This document shows, one piece after another, positions 25,018 to 37,600 of a stretch of 64,000 nucleotides of DNA (position 1 is its first letter; each line of letters starts with the position of its first letter). The notes beneath the pieces were generated by a model, which was given only the letters and a program-made list of their open reading frames with translations, was not told the origin of the DNA and made no database searches. The position numbers were made by a program, and so were the translations under genes. This stretch comes from Oikopleura dioica (lineage: Eukaryota; Animalia; Chordata), in NCBI GenBank assembly GCA_907165135.1, contig OU015568.1, positions 2,418,001 to 2,482,000 on the forward strand. Reading direction: 5' to 3'.

Positions 25018-26790
25018 AATATCCAGCAAGTTTTCTTTGATACAAAGCTCGCATTTTGAAGGTGCTCTTGTTCCTGCTCGACAATCCCCATTTCGGGAAG
25101 CAGTTTAGGAGCCAGGTTAGTTTCTTGTCGTCCCATGTGCGGAAGAGCGAGCATCTTCGTTCGACTAGACATGTGACTGTCGCCTCCTAAAATTATTCAT
25201 AAGCTCGGTGTTGGTTCGAAAGCCTGATTGACCTTTAGAAAACGGCCCCATTGATTGTCGCAGTACTTGATGTCATCAAGGGAAATCGGCTTTGGTCTTG
25301 GGCGTCGGTCTCGTTGAAGGTCATTTTCCGGGCATTCTCGTGAGCCAAGAGTGTTGTCCTGGTGTAAATATATGAAGATGATTTACTCAAATAATTGTCA
25401 AAGAAATCAGTTCTATCAGAAAATTATCACACTATATTTATCTCATAATTTAAGAAACCGCTTTTGATCTGAGCCCTGCTTCCCGATAAATTTAGTTTAG
25501 TTTCAAGATTAAAATTCTAACTCCATCTGTTGATAAGGTCAAATTATCCTACATGAGCTAGATAAACAAAAGCATCAATAGACTGTGAGGAAGAAAATTA
25601 CCTTACTACAAGCAAAAACAATTCCTTCGACTTTTTTGCAAGATCGAGATCGAAGCTGACGTTTTGTTATTTTATCGCAATTTTGCCACTCTCCCCATTC
25701 GCTGTACAAAACGTTTTCAGGCACATTTCCAAAAATCGAAAGGTCGAGTTTGATAGGTCTTCCATTGCGGGTTATTGCTTTGCACTCCGGAGTTCGTCGA
25801 GAGTTCAAGTCGATTTGAACGACGGATTGAGTTGTTGGAGCTTGAGTGCTTGGTGTAACCGGTCTTGGGGACCAGTTACTCGGGATCGTCTAAAATTTCT
25901 CGGTTTAATTATTTTAATTGTGAATAAAATCTGATGCAGCTTAAAACGGAGGTATTCTAATGCCGATAATTGGCACTTGAAAGTGGAGATATCGTCTTTA
26001 TGCGAAATTAACGGACAAAATCATTTTTACATCTCGGATAATAGCCTATTATTAATAGGGCGTTTATTGCTCTTGTATCTGATGTTGAGATGTCCATCTT
26101 CCTTAACGCTTTGAGAAAAATTCGGGAGATAATAAGCTTAATTCCAAGGTGCTGATCGTGAGATTTCGTACCGGAAAATAAGTCGGAATAAAAGGACGGG
26201 AGCTCTTCGTTGTCGCCGTTTTTACGGTAGTTCTCAAAGGGGCGAACGTCGTTGTTGGCTCTGTCGTCTGAAGTTCAGTAGTTTCTTCGAATGCTTGTGT
26301 TGTTGGCCTGCCTCTATAGATACTGTAAGTGCTCTGGGTGGGAGAAATTGTTGTGCGAACTTTTCCACCGCCCCAAAAGTCGTTGAAATTCCAGCCGAGA
26401 TATGAGAGGACGCCATTGCTAGAATTGGCAGTGGTTCTTTAAAAAGGCTAGCTACTGCATTTTTGGCGAAACAAATTGATCATTCAAGACCGAATGGCAT
26501 TTGCTTGTTCAAAGCGTAAATTAAAATCAATTATATCATATAATTTATATGAAATGTTTACCAATGCAATTTTATTAATTAATTAGTAATTAATAATTAT
26601 ATAACAAATTATATAAATAAGTTAAAGGCCAATTTAAAACATAAAGCAATAAAAACCCTTTCCTTATTGTCTTTCCAAAAACGCTTCTCCTCGATCTTGT
26701 CGCCGTAAATGCTCTTGAAGGAAATGCCTTATCGTCAAAGTACTTTTGCCAGTCCAATAAACACTCGCGGGTATCGTATTTATTGTCAAT
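25018..26790 (-). CDS. Thr-rich (mucin-like) protein with a TSP1-like module; 5' end unresolved
   Basis: Exons encode ...ETTELQTTEPTTTFAPLRTTVKTATTKSS, then YSEWGEWQNCDKITKRQLRSRSC (WxxW...RxRxC), and end at YQRKLAGY*. Boundaries are approximate. Confidence 0.55.
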
Positions 26791-27219
26791 TGAGCATCTA
26801 AATTGAATTTTTATTTGATGTAACGACTTCTACTTGACTATCGAAATGATGGAATTCAGCTCTTTGATGCTTCTTTTAAGCTCAATTTAGAAAACTCTTC
26901 AAAGTGGACCTGTATTTACAGATTTAATTTCTGTTTTAATGACCGTTTTAAAGAAAATCGACTAGCGAAGAATTCAAGCAAGAAAAAAACCTATGTTTTC
27001 ATCCGTTTTTCATTTCCAGACGCCTTTCATGGTAAATGAGCAAACAAAAATTGCTCATGACCACGATTTTTCGCTCTTCGACTTCGATGAAAAAGGTCAA
27101 TTAAAAAAAGCGAACTCAAGCAAACAAACAATAATTCCTCGCTTATATAAGGAAGGTTGAACTTTTCCAATGTTGAAATTTTATATTCGAAGTGATTGAG
27201 AAACGAGAAAAAGGGAAAC

Positions 27220-27981
27220 ATGAAGCTCGCAGTTGGACTGTTTAGCTTTGCATTCGCGAACCCTGCAGCGGAAGACTGGGCGTTTAGAGTCTGGACTGAA
27301 AAAGCCGATGAAGTTTTTGAATACGCCAATGCAAATGCGAACGACTTTGTGTCTGCCGTTAACTCTCAACCAGATAGGTAGTTGAAAAAGGCATTCTATA
27401 TTTATCATTTTTTTAGTTTTTTCAAAGCGACATAGAAATTTTGCGACGAAAACGACGATGAAATAGTCTCCGCATCTGAATACATGAGCTGTGGAGAGCG
27501 AGTAACTGAGCTTATTGGCTCTTCCGACCCTGGTTTTCAAGCAAAAACCGATGCGATAATGGACAAGGTACACGCTTGTAGGGAAATAGAAAGTTGACTT
27601 AATTTCAGTACTGGTATTTTTTCGACAAAGACCGAAGCGATTCTTTGAGCTGGGATGAGTGGCGATACGCGAATTCTGCCTTTGCTGTGGTTGATGCTCT
27701 TGTGATTCTGGAAGCGTTTGATGCGGATCGTGATCAATCTTTGAGCTCGACTGTAAGTTTCCGTCTTAGAAAGCGATTGCACGAATCATTTTTAGGAGCA
27801 AAACGCCTGGAGATCAAAAATGAGAGAGATGTTCTCTGCGTTCGGATACCAGCCAACTCCTGAGCAACATGCTGCCATGGTTGCTGCTTGGGCTCTCTCT
27901 CAGACAGATGATGATCCCTCCGCTTCACTTATCGAACTTTCTCGATTCAATTTACTCCTATGGAATTCTTTCTATCAATAA
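27220..27981 (+). CDS. Secreted EF-hand calcium-binding protein (4 exons)
   Basis: Signal-like MKLAVGLFSFAFA; EF-loop motifs CDENDDEIVSASEY, DKDRSDSLSWDEW and DADRDQSLSSTE; ends LLWNSFYQ*. Confidence 0.7.
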
Positions 27982-28095
27982 ATTTTTTCCCAAATAGACT
28001 ATTTGAAATAGTTCAAGACTATTAAATTAAAAAAAAAATTTTTGATAATTGAAAATCCGGACAAAACTCAGTTTTATCACATTTTGAAACGCGTC

Positions 28096-28389
28096 TTACT
28101 TGGATCCTCCTTCAGGTCCGTCGAAACAGTCTCTAACCCTAGCTTGGCCGGCGCTTTTGGAATCGTACGGGCAGCATGGTCCCCATTCTGACCACAGCCC
28201 GTAGCCCTCTCCACATTCAAAGCCGGTATCACAAGGCTCGCAGGAGGGAATTCCAGTCGTGTAAATGTCCGAAGTAAAGTATTTACACCTCTGTCCAAGT
28301 CCGCAGCTCGTCGAGCATTCTCCCCACTCGCCCCAAGTTCCTCTCAAACTGCCTTCAACGGCGAAAATGACGAAAAAAGCAAGCTTCAT
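28096..28389 (-). CDS. Small secreted cysteine-rich protein with two TSP1-like WxxWxxC motifs
   Basis: Signal MKLAFFVIFAVEG, then TWGEWGECSTSCGLGQR and LWSEWGPCC...RVRDC. The ORF is 97 aa; a GT donor at the stop could mean a further exon. Confidence 0.75.
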   Translation of the reverse strand: MKLAFFVIFAVEGSLRGTWGEWGECSTSCGLGQRCKYFTSDIYTTGIPSCEPCDTGFECGEGYGLWSEWGPCCPYDSKSAGQARVRDCFDGPEGGSK

Positions 28390-29416
28390 TTTTAATTCGG
28401 AAATTTATGGTTCAAAATATTTTCCGTTTATTTGGCAATGAAAAAAAGAATGTGAAGAGAGTTTTAAGCATGAAATTTGAAGCTCGCATGCGCCGCTTAT
28501 TTTCTGATGATTGGAGATAATCGTTTCGAAGTCTCGAAACCGTGTGCCAGGTTCAATTCGAAATTGATCGATTGCGAGTTCGAGCTAAGTCGAAAAGCTG
28601 AACACAATTATTTATAAGTAGCAGATTGAAAATGAGCCCTCCGCCAAGACTTGGAGATTGCAAAAGCCAATCTTCAGTAATTATTTTAATCGTCCATGCA
28701 AAGAAAACTAAATTTCTATTATCAGATTGATAATAATCGTAAAAAATAGACAGGAAAGAGGAAAAATGCATTATTTTGAATAAAAAAAGCATCAAAGATC
28801 ACAAAAAAATAATGCAAATCTTTCTACTTTTGAATTTAAATAGATTCTTTTTATGGACATAATTTGTATGCGTCCGCCATTATCAGGCTCAAAATAGTCA
28901 GTATTTCTATTTTTCTCAAAATAAGCTGGCTTCTTTTTCTATGGTTATAAAAGAAATGCCTACTCAAACTATAAGTACCTCTCTTAAAATTGCAGAAACT
29001 ATCAGTTAACTCAAACTTTCAGACAGTCCTTCAAAGGATAAAATAGGCAAAAATAACTAACCTACTGCGATGAGCAGCATATCATATGATATGCTTGTCA
29101 ACCAAAATTTTTCTGTAGCATTTTGCATTTATCCAGCTTTATCGTATTCACGAGAGAGAAGTTTCAATGATTATGCTCAGCAGACTAATTTCGAAATAGT
29201 CCGTTCGATAGCTTATAGGAATATATCTTGTGCTGTCTATTTTTTGGTCCTCATGATGCTGTTTGTGTACTCTCTAGCGTAAAGCCGGGTTCAATTATCC
29301 TCTAACGATGCGCCCTCCTGCGGTACTTTCCACGTATATAAGACCCTCTGCTTTCCCAGGTATTCATCAGTCCTCATATAATAATTCAAACTCTTCAACT
29401 ACTAACTATAAGCAGC

Positions 29417-30643
29417 ATGAACACTCTACTAGTCTTCTTCAGCATCCTCATCAGCTACTGCAACTGCAACGTCAGTCCAGTCGGTGTCCAGTACTTGGAA
29501 AACATCTGGAGCGACGAGATGATGGACAAAATCCGCGAAGTCTTCAGGGAATCGACTATCACCGACATGGCAGCTGATGACATCCCAGCCTCTCAATTCG
29601 ACAACATCGGTGAATCCCTTCCTCTTGATCCTAACGGCCGCTGCCCAGCTGAATACACTGTCAATAAGCAAGGAACACGATGTGTTTTCATTGGCCGTAT
29701 TGACGTAGCCACCGAGTACGTAAAAACAGGAGGGATCAGCCGACAGAGGAAGAGCATAGAAGGCCTCTACTCTGCCGCTAACCCCTTCATCTCAAAAGTC
29801 CAAAATGGTGCCAGGCGAGAAGAACTCGCAGAAATCATGGCTAAATCTCCAGTCAGCGGCGCTCTCGAAAACACTTGCCAGGAAGGCATCCTCAGAAATG
29901 TCGTCATGACGATGTTGATCATGCTTCCCGGCCAAACTGTCCCTGTTCACTACGATATTCCTCTCTTTTCCGATCTTCCAAAAGCAAATGCACCAGCCTG
30001 GCTCCAAGTTGCCTACGCTCTAAGTGGGCTCAACAAGGATCGGGAAATCCGACAAGTGCAGACCATCACATACTTGACCGGCAATGCCTCCAACTCCAAC
30101 CAAGGTGGCGACTTTGTCTACTGGCTTGAAGGACCCCAAGGGCCAATGGAAAGCTTCCCTGTTGTGGCCAACTCGGCCATTGTCACTGATGGCGTCCACG
30201 TTGCCCACGCTGTCAAGGTTTGGCAGCCAGAATCCGGCCATTCCGCACCAAAACTGAACAAAGATGACCAAAACGAGATCCGATACATCGGCGACTCCAA
30301 GTGGCAGATTTTCATCAACGGCGTCGGCGAGAAAGTCTACGAGGAATCCGAGCTCCGAATGTCTTTCATTTCCCGATACATCTGTTTCCGCGATCAAGAA
30401 GAAGAAAACTCTTACACCTTCCAAAGTGGCCAGAAAAACGCCACTTCCGTTCTTGAAGAAATGTCGGAGGCACTTGAAACCGACCTTGTAACGGGCGAAA
30501 ACCGAAAAACCGCGCGAGACACAATTTTGACGAATTATCTTCAATATCCGGCAACAGGAGGATTGAATTACTGCGTCCTGCCGGAACTTGTTCCTGGAAC
30601 TGCCGGATCAGTTCTGAAATTTATCTTCTCGTATATCTGCTAA
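29417..30643 (+). CDS. Intronless secreted 2OG-Fe(II) oxygenase-superfamily protein (408 aa)
   Basis: Signal MNTLLVFFSILISYCNC; HxD motif PGQTVPVHYD; GGDFVYW strand; distal His in DGVHVAHAV; RxS motif LRMSF. Confidence 0.75.
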   Translation: MNTLLVFFSILISYCNCNVSPVGVQYLENIWSDEMMDKIREVFRESTITDMAADDIPASQFDNIGESLPLDPNGRCPAEYTVNKQGTRCVFIGRIDVATEYVKTGGISRQRKSIEGLYSAANPFISKVQNGARREELAEIMAKSPVSGALENTCQEGILRNVVMTMLIMLPGQTVPVHYDIPLFSDLPKANAPAWLQVAYALSGLNKDREIRQVQTITYLTGNASNSNQGGDFVYWLEGPQGPMESFPVVANSAIVTDGVHVAHAVKVWQPESGHSAPKLNKDDQNEIRYIGDSKWQIFINGVGEKVYEESELRMSFISRYICFRDQEEENSYTFQSGQKNATSVLEEMSEALETDLVTGENRKTARDTILTNYLQYPATGGLNYCVLPELVPGTAGSVLKFIFSYIC

Positions 30644-33600
30644 TCATTTAAAATTGAAAATTTACCTGTCTATATTTTAATCTGTACATTTCGAAAATTG
30701 CAAATGACAAATATATTTAATCATATCAAAACAATAAGTGGATAGTTTATTCAGTTATCAAAAAAAATGCTTCAAAAGGCTTCTTGAAAAAGTGCAGGAT
30801 TTGATTGCTTCCATTTCTTATGCTCGAAATTTGAGAGCGATTCTTTTGCATTTATCAACAATTTGAAATTTTAACTAACTTCCAGAAAAATGAGGGAAAA
30901 TATGTCGATGGATTCCTGAAGGTCTAATTGTTACATCATCATATCTCCTCTCACTGAAATGAGACGAGCTGAATCCTGTGGCTTTTCCAACTGCTTCTGT
31001 CGCTAGAATCCGTTCGTTTTTCAGGACTGGAAAGTCTTTGGTATAGGAAGTGATAGAAGATGTCTTTCCTGGAGTCTTGAAATATCTGAAGCACGCAGTT
31101 TATGAATTTTTATGTAAGAAAAACGCAATTGCATTTTAATTAAATGCAATTTACAAATGGCGATAAAAGATCTGAAGAGCATAAAATAAGCCGTAGTGAT
31201 AAAATGTTGTAAGTGCTCAAATAAAATAATTTCCAAGAAACATGATAATTTTAAAGGGCATGTAGACATGGTTCAGCGAAGTTTTTTAATTAAAAGAAAA
31301 TTGTTTTACCTATTGCTAGCTGAGTTTTCTACGAAGCCTGACGATTCAATCGGACCGATTGTTGAGGCTTTTGTGATCGGCGAGGGCTTAATTTGACGTC
31401 TCATTTATGATTTAATTTGAAATTACCTGTAAATTGGTATATGATCCTTGAAATAGTTTGTCATTAAATCAAATGAAGCCTTATATACAAAAAATTAGTA
31501 CCTTGCTACTATAGAGTCTAGACTTTTTTCTTTCAGACATCCGCGTCTGTCCCAATTAAAAGTGATCAAAATCACCATATTTTGAAACTTTTCCTTTTGT
31601 TATAGATTGCCAGCGCGAAGAGTTTTCAAAATAGAGCTTTTCCGCATGATTGTCTTTTGACGTCTTTCTTTTCCAAAAAGCTGGGAGCGACGATTCTGAT
31701 TCTGGAACTTCATGAGGCGAATTTGTATTCGGCATCCTGATGATTATGTTCATTTATATATGTTGAAGAGTACGCACCTTATGTTTTTAGAAAATGAAGT
31801 GCTCGGATAATGAAAAGCTTGAGCAGTGACATCACTATTTGGTCCAGCAACTTTCCTAAAGCTTTATATGTTTATGAATAACTATCTTAAATGACATAAT
31901 ATGAATTAAGCAGGCTTTTATATGCAGTGTGAAAATCAAAAGCCAACAATATCCTCAACAAAAACGATCAATAAACGCGAACGAATACTTCGGAGATCAT
32001 TTTAACCAATTCATTTACATTTGTATTACATACAAGAACCTAATTCAACTATCCCACTTTATTGTCTCTATCTGAGATAGACTATCTCTATTCTTTATAA
32101 ACATTTCCATCGTCACACATCTGTGCGTTCTGTTCTTGAATTGGTTTCCTTTGTGTAAATTTCTCTCATTATCAGATAGATAACGTCTAAGAAAACCCCT
32201 AGTCAAAGCGTTGATTTTGATTAGATGTCCACCCCGAGCCGGTTTTCTTCCTTGCTATCAGTGGCAAATATGTCTTTTTTATCGAAAAGGTTTTCTCGTT
32301 TTTCGATATCGAAGGGCAGTTTTGTTACGTCTGAGTCTGACAATGACTTGTAAAGGATAAACTTTTCAATTCTATAGTTCGATATCGTTCCTTGAAGTCT
32401 TTATAGTAAACGTCAGATAAACCAACATTAGCTTGATGCTTCGTCCAGCCCGTTAATCGAGGAGCAAAGGATGTCTTTGTTGCAAACTGTCTATTTTTTC
32501 GGATGAAAGACCGGCAAAAAAATAATGACGTGATGTTTTATCAATGTTTTCAGCATAAAACGTTTATGCTTCAATCAACAACATCATATTAGTTTTTAGA
32601 ATACTTTTTCTACTTGATGACTATCAACCTTACTTTCGTATTTGGGCATTGAATTCGAAAGTTCGCCGGCCAAGGGAACTTTTGAGTCAGTTTTTCTCAG
32701 TTTTTTTTTTTGAAAATATTTAGTTTTTATAACAAAAATCACTGAAAGAAGTATCAAAACTCAATTTCCTTTTGACAGAAAAAGTGGTTTATTATTGACC
32801 GCCCATCCCGTAATCTGGTCACATCGGACCGCCCGTGGCTTGAACTCCTTGTGCATTCTAGTGCTCGTCTCTGTTGCGTAATGATTAAACCCATCTCGGC
32901 TCGCTCCGGCAGAAACCTAAAGAAGCGTTCGGAAAAGTCAAGAATCGTCGCTTCTTACTGCTACCATTTTTTCTCTCTTTCAGAGTGCGCTGAAAGAAGA
33001 AGGCGATCTCTCTTTTGGGCTTTCTTCTGAGACAAGAGAAAGCGCCTTTTTTGATGAAAGTAAAGATGATACTGTCAGTGTTTGACAAGAGACGCTTCTG
33101 TACTTCAACTTGATGAGCACTTACTAAGCATATTTAACCCTTGGTGCTTGAAAGCTGGATTGTTTTCGATACGATTTCGAACCAAAAATTGACGAAGACG
33201 TGTTGACCTCCTAGAAAGATTACAGAGTGACACCCTTATTTCTTAGGGACCTTACCATTATCCCTTACCAAACCCTACTTAACCCTTCAAGAAAGTCTAT
33301 GATTTCTTTCCGGCTCTGGTTTATATAAAAAAGAGTATAAGATTAGTCACAGCTGATAAAATTTCACGCCTGCTTGGCTTTTATTTTAATTTTCGAACTT
33401 GAAAATACCGAGCTCCCTTGGGGGCCCTCGATCCCTCGCTCGCTTTATTTGAAAAAAAATCGAAAGCCTCAAAATAGACAATCTCTGTTTTCAAAATATC
33501 AAAGAGAAAACTCTGAAATAAACTTTTTGAATAGAAAAACTATCGACAAAATATCCAAAATTTTTTACTAAAGACTTTTCAGTTTACTATTTTTTTATTT

Positions 33601-34677
33601 TCGTATTCGGTAAAAACATTATGGTCCATAATTTATGGAGAAGGATTGTTTGATGATAATCAAAGACTCAAGCTGCATTTTTAACGGAGTTCCATATACG
33701 TATATCCGTATATTGTTTTGTTGACAACTTCTTTCGTAAATGAAAACATTCAAATAAATTAATTTATCTTTCGTTTCCAGCTTGCATCGCGGCTGGAGTC
33801 TTTGATTATCATCAAATGATCATCCTCGTTGTCTGTCTTTTGTCTTAGAGAGTCGTATTTTACGGCTGCCAAGAGAGAGATTATGCGTCTCACTCTTCTC
33901 AAGAATTTTTACAAAGAAAGAGAGAAGAATATTTTGTTCGGCTAAGATTCTTCAATATTCTTCAAAGCTCGAAAAATGAGTTGAGTTAGAAATAAGTCGA
34001 CAGAACAAGAGCGGTTCTTCACTGTCTCCGCTCTTTTTCCGATCATCTTGGAATCGAGAGTGATGCTCAGATGATCTGAGTCAGATCTAAGGACTTTTGA
34101 GCAATTTTGGCGGAATGGCAATGAGAAGAGCATTTTTTCCTCATTTTTGACTCAGCTCAGAAGTAGCAATTTTAAATTTCGCGCGCTTTCCTGACTTGTG
34201 ATTTTGCTCATCAACAAATAATGAAAACATTTTTCTTCAAAATTTTCCCCCGATTTTTTTTTCTTTCTGTAACAAATTTCAAATTCGTAATTATCAAAAT
34301 TGTCTTTCAGAAATTATTTGTTCCCAACGAGACGGGGTATCCTGCTGCCGTCAGCAAAAAGACCCTAGTCTCTCAGAGAAAGCAAATCGAAGAGCAAATC
34401 TTCCGAATCGAAAATCGGGGCAATTGTGACTCTGCCCGGGGCGCGTGAGGGTCGTGATCGATTCTGAAAAGAAAAGAGAAAGAAAAGAAAGGAAGAAAAA
34501 AGGTATTTTGGATAGGCTGAGACTGACGAATAAGGGGACACCTCTGCTTCAGTCAAGGTCTCGAGGCCATGTCTCTTGCCTAAATTTTCATCAGTTATAA
34601 AATAATTTCAGAAAGAACGAAAACTAGAAAACTCTGGTTTTTGGAAAATTCTACGAACAGAAACCTCTCGACTGTAA

Positions 34678-37600
34678 ATGCCGAGAAAACAGCGCTCGAG
34701 AAAAGACCGAAAGAAAAACAACAACAAGCAGCAGCAACAACAACAGCAAAATAACGAATCTAAGAAAGAACCAGAAAGAGAGCCCTCTGAAAAGGTAGGA
34801 TGTGATAAGCTGACTTTAATTTATGGCGACGAGGGTTTTTTTAAAGTCTCGCATGTTGGCCCGGAGCCAACAGGGCAACCCGGCTTGGTCGGGAAGTTAA
34901 AAAATGTATTGAAAAAATTCTTTATTTTTTCCTGTTTTGGGAATTCGGGACAGAGAAACTCAAATAACAATTGTTATTTGTTACTCACAATGCATTTTGC
35001 AGAGTTTTTCAAGAACTATCAGAAATTGGTTGTAAGAAATATTCTCGAGATTTCTAAATATTTAAAATCAGCTCAATTAAATACAGTGAAAACCCAAAAT
35101 TTGCCCACCCAAAATTTGGCCGCTTTTTGTCTAAATCCGCTTTTTTTGGAACCTGAAATCAACCCGAAATTTTGCCGTTTTTTTGAAAATAAAAAAATTT
35201 TCATCAGAATTGGGCTCAAATGATGCTAATCCGATCATTTTTAGCTTTTAAAAACTGTTTTAGTCATTAAAAATGACTAAATTCTCATAAGAATGTCTTT
35301 AAACAAGCAAAAATTTGACTAAAATTCATCAAAAATGTGAAAATCATGCCGATTTTCGAAAATTTCGAAACTTTGCCTTTTGAAGGGGAAACTTGGCTAC
35401 CCGGCAAAAAACCCAAAATTTGGCCGCTTTTTTCGGAAATTTATATCTGAAAACCGGCCAATTTTCGGGTTTTCACTGTAATGAATTAAAAAAATGAAAT
35501 CTACAATTTGCGTCAAATTTACATTAAATCCGCAATTTTTATCCATCTTATTTTAAGGAATCCGAAAATAGAGGAAATGAAGCCACTCAACCCGAAAACA
35601 TCCAACCCATTGTGGATGAGCCTCTTCCTGAGATTCCATCAGCTTTGACCGGCAGTTTGGTCGAGGGACAGTCGCAAATTGACCTGCTGAACGCTTTAGA
35701 AGAAGATGTTCCGCTTGCTCAAACTTCAGATCATACACTTGCTGTTACCCAAGATAAACTCGAGTTCGAATCAGGTCCGGATGCATAAATTGGAGATTAG
35801 CAAAGGCAATGATTTTGGCAAAATCGGACAGCGTGTTCGCTATTCTAGCCATATATGCTATATAATAAAGAGCCACTCCTATAATTTATTAGCTATAAAT
35901 TTATGATAGATATGCGATTTCTTCAGAGAATACGATTTTTTTAAGAACTCGACATATATTTTTATTGGAATAAAATTTAATGAGACTATAGGAGATATGC
36001 TCTGATGAACAGGATTTAAGATTCTCTTGAAAAAAAGCAAGTTCACAATGCCCTGTATCAAAATCTAATTTTAGCATCCTAGAATTAAGAAATAGACAAA
36101 GAAGAATCTCCACCACAAGAAACAATCATCACCATCCCAGAAGCTAGGGTCGGACCCCTTACTAAGGTTTCCTTAGTTACTAAGGGTAAGGATTTTAAAA
36201 TTGATGAAAATCAAGAAAGGCCTAAGGAAGGACTAAGGGCCTTCCTTACTAAGGCCTTAGTAACCTTAGTAAGGATCTGATTAAATGCGATTCGATAAAA
36301 TGTTCTTATTGATAAAAATAGCAATAATTTAAGTTTATTTGGTATTTTCTGCTGTCAGTAAGTTGACAAGAGACATTTTTATAGAATTCCTTCACAACTG
36401 GTCCTTAATTTCCTTCCTTACCAAGGCTTTTGCAAAGGTATTTTTGATAAAAGCGCTCTCAAACTGCGTAGGCCGTCGAAAAAATCCTTTTTAAAATCCT
36501 TAGTAAGGAAAGGAATTAAGGAAAAATCGCTAAGGATTGAAGATCCTTACTAAGGACCTCTGAAAACTAACAAAGGAACTATGGTAAGGATTTTTTTCCG
36601 CCGAAATCCGAAAAAGGGTAAGGAAGTAATCCTTACCTTACTAAGGTAAGGACCCTTAGTAAGCAAAAAAATAAGGAAGGAAGTCCGACCCTAGCCCAGA
36701 AGTCCAAGACGAGATCCCCCCAGAAGCAAGTGTAGTCGTCGAGGAGCCAAAGAGTGAGTCGAAACAGGAAAAAGAAGAATTCGAAGCTCGGTCTTTGGAA
36801 GTCTTCCAAAAGCTCTTCAAATCGCCGGTGAAATGTAATTTTCCGCTGCCGAATAGCGCTCTGAATGCGTCGGTTTTCGAAGCTTCAAATCCTCCTCTAC
36901 CAGGTCAGTATGAGCGAAGAATCCTGGCAAGAAACCTGAGTCAGGGTTCACAAAAGCTATTAAAGAAAAGCCCCTCAACGTCAACTTATTTCTAGCCATT
37001 TCGTTGTCTCACGAAAACTACTTCGACTCTCGTCCGATTCTCTCGAAAAGCGCAAATGAAGCAGAAGCTCCAGATGCCATCGTCCCGATTTCATCAAAGC
37101 GCAATCTCTTCCTGGACGAGTTCGATGCCAATCTCTCCGATTCTCATTCGCTTCCTGAAAACGATGCTAATTCAAATGCCATGTTCGAGTCCATGCCCGA
37201 TTTAGAACAAGAATCTGAAGATGATGGTGATGAAAATCGAGCAATTGAGGAAGGAATCAGCGCGCTATCAATAGAAGCTGCGGTAGAAGAAGTTCTTGAT
37301 TCGGACGATGAACAATCAAGTGAAAGAATTTCTCGTCGTCTTGATCAAAATCATCCGTTGCTGACCTTCGAATGCGAGTTCAACCCGATGGATTCTGAAT
37401 CCGATTCTGAAGAGATTCAAATTCAAAACGAAGAAGAGTACCCACATATCGAAGAACATCAGTTATGGAAAGGAGATCATGTGCATCAAGAAGAGCATCA
37501 GTGTCAACAATCAGATGAATTTGATCAATTACGGGAAGAGCCTATCGGAAATAAGCAATTTGTCGATTCAAATTCTATTTCTGATGAAGATCAATTTATT

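Noticed and set aside
30780-34400. Short ORFs in the AT-rich stretch between the oxygenase and Kelch genes
   Set aside because: No motifs and no consistent splice model found.
36160-36665. Recurring ccttactaagg units as a possible CRISPR-like array
   Set aside because: They lie in both orientations inside a TIR/TSD-bounded element and are best explained as hAT subterminal repeats; the context is eukaryotic with no cas genes.
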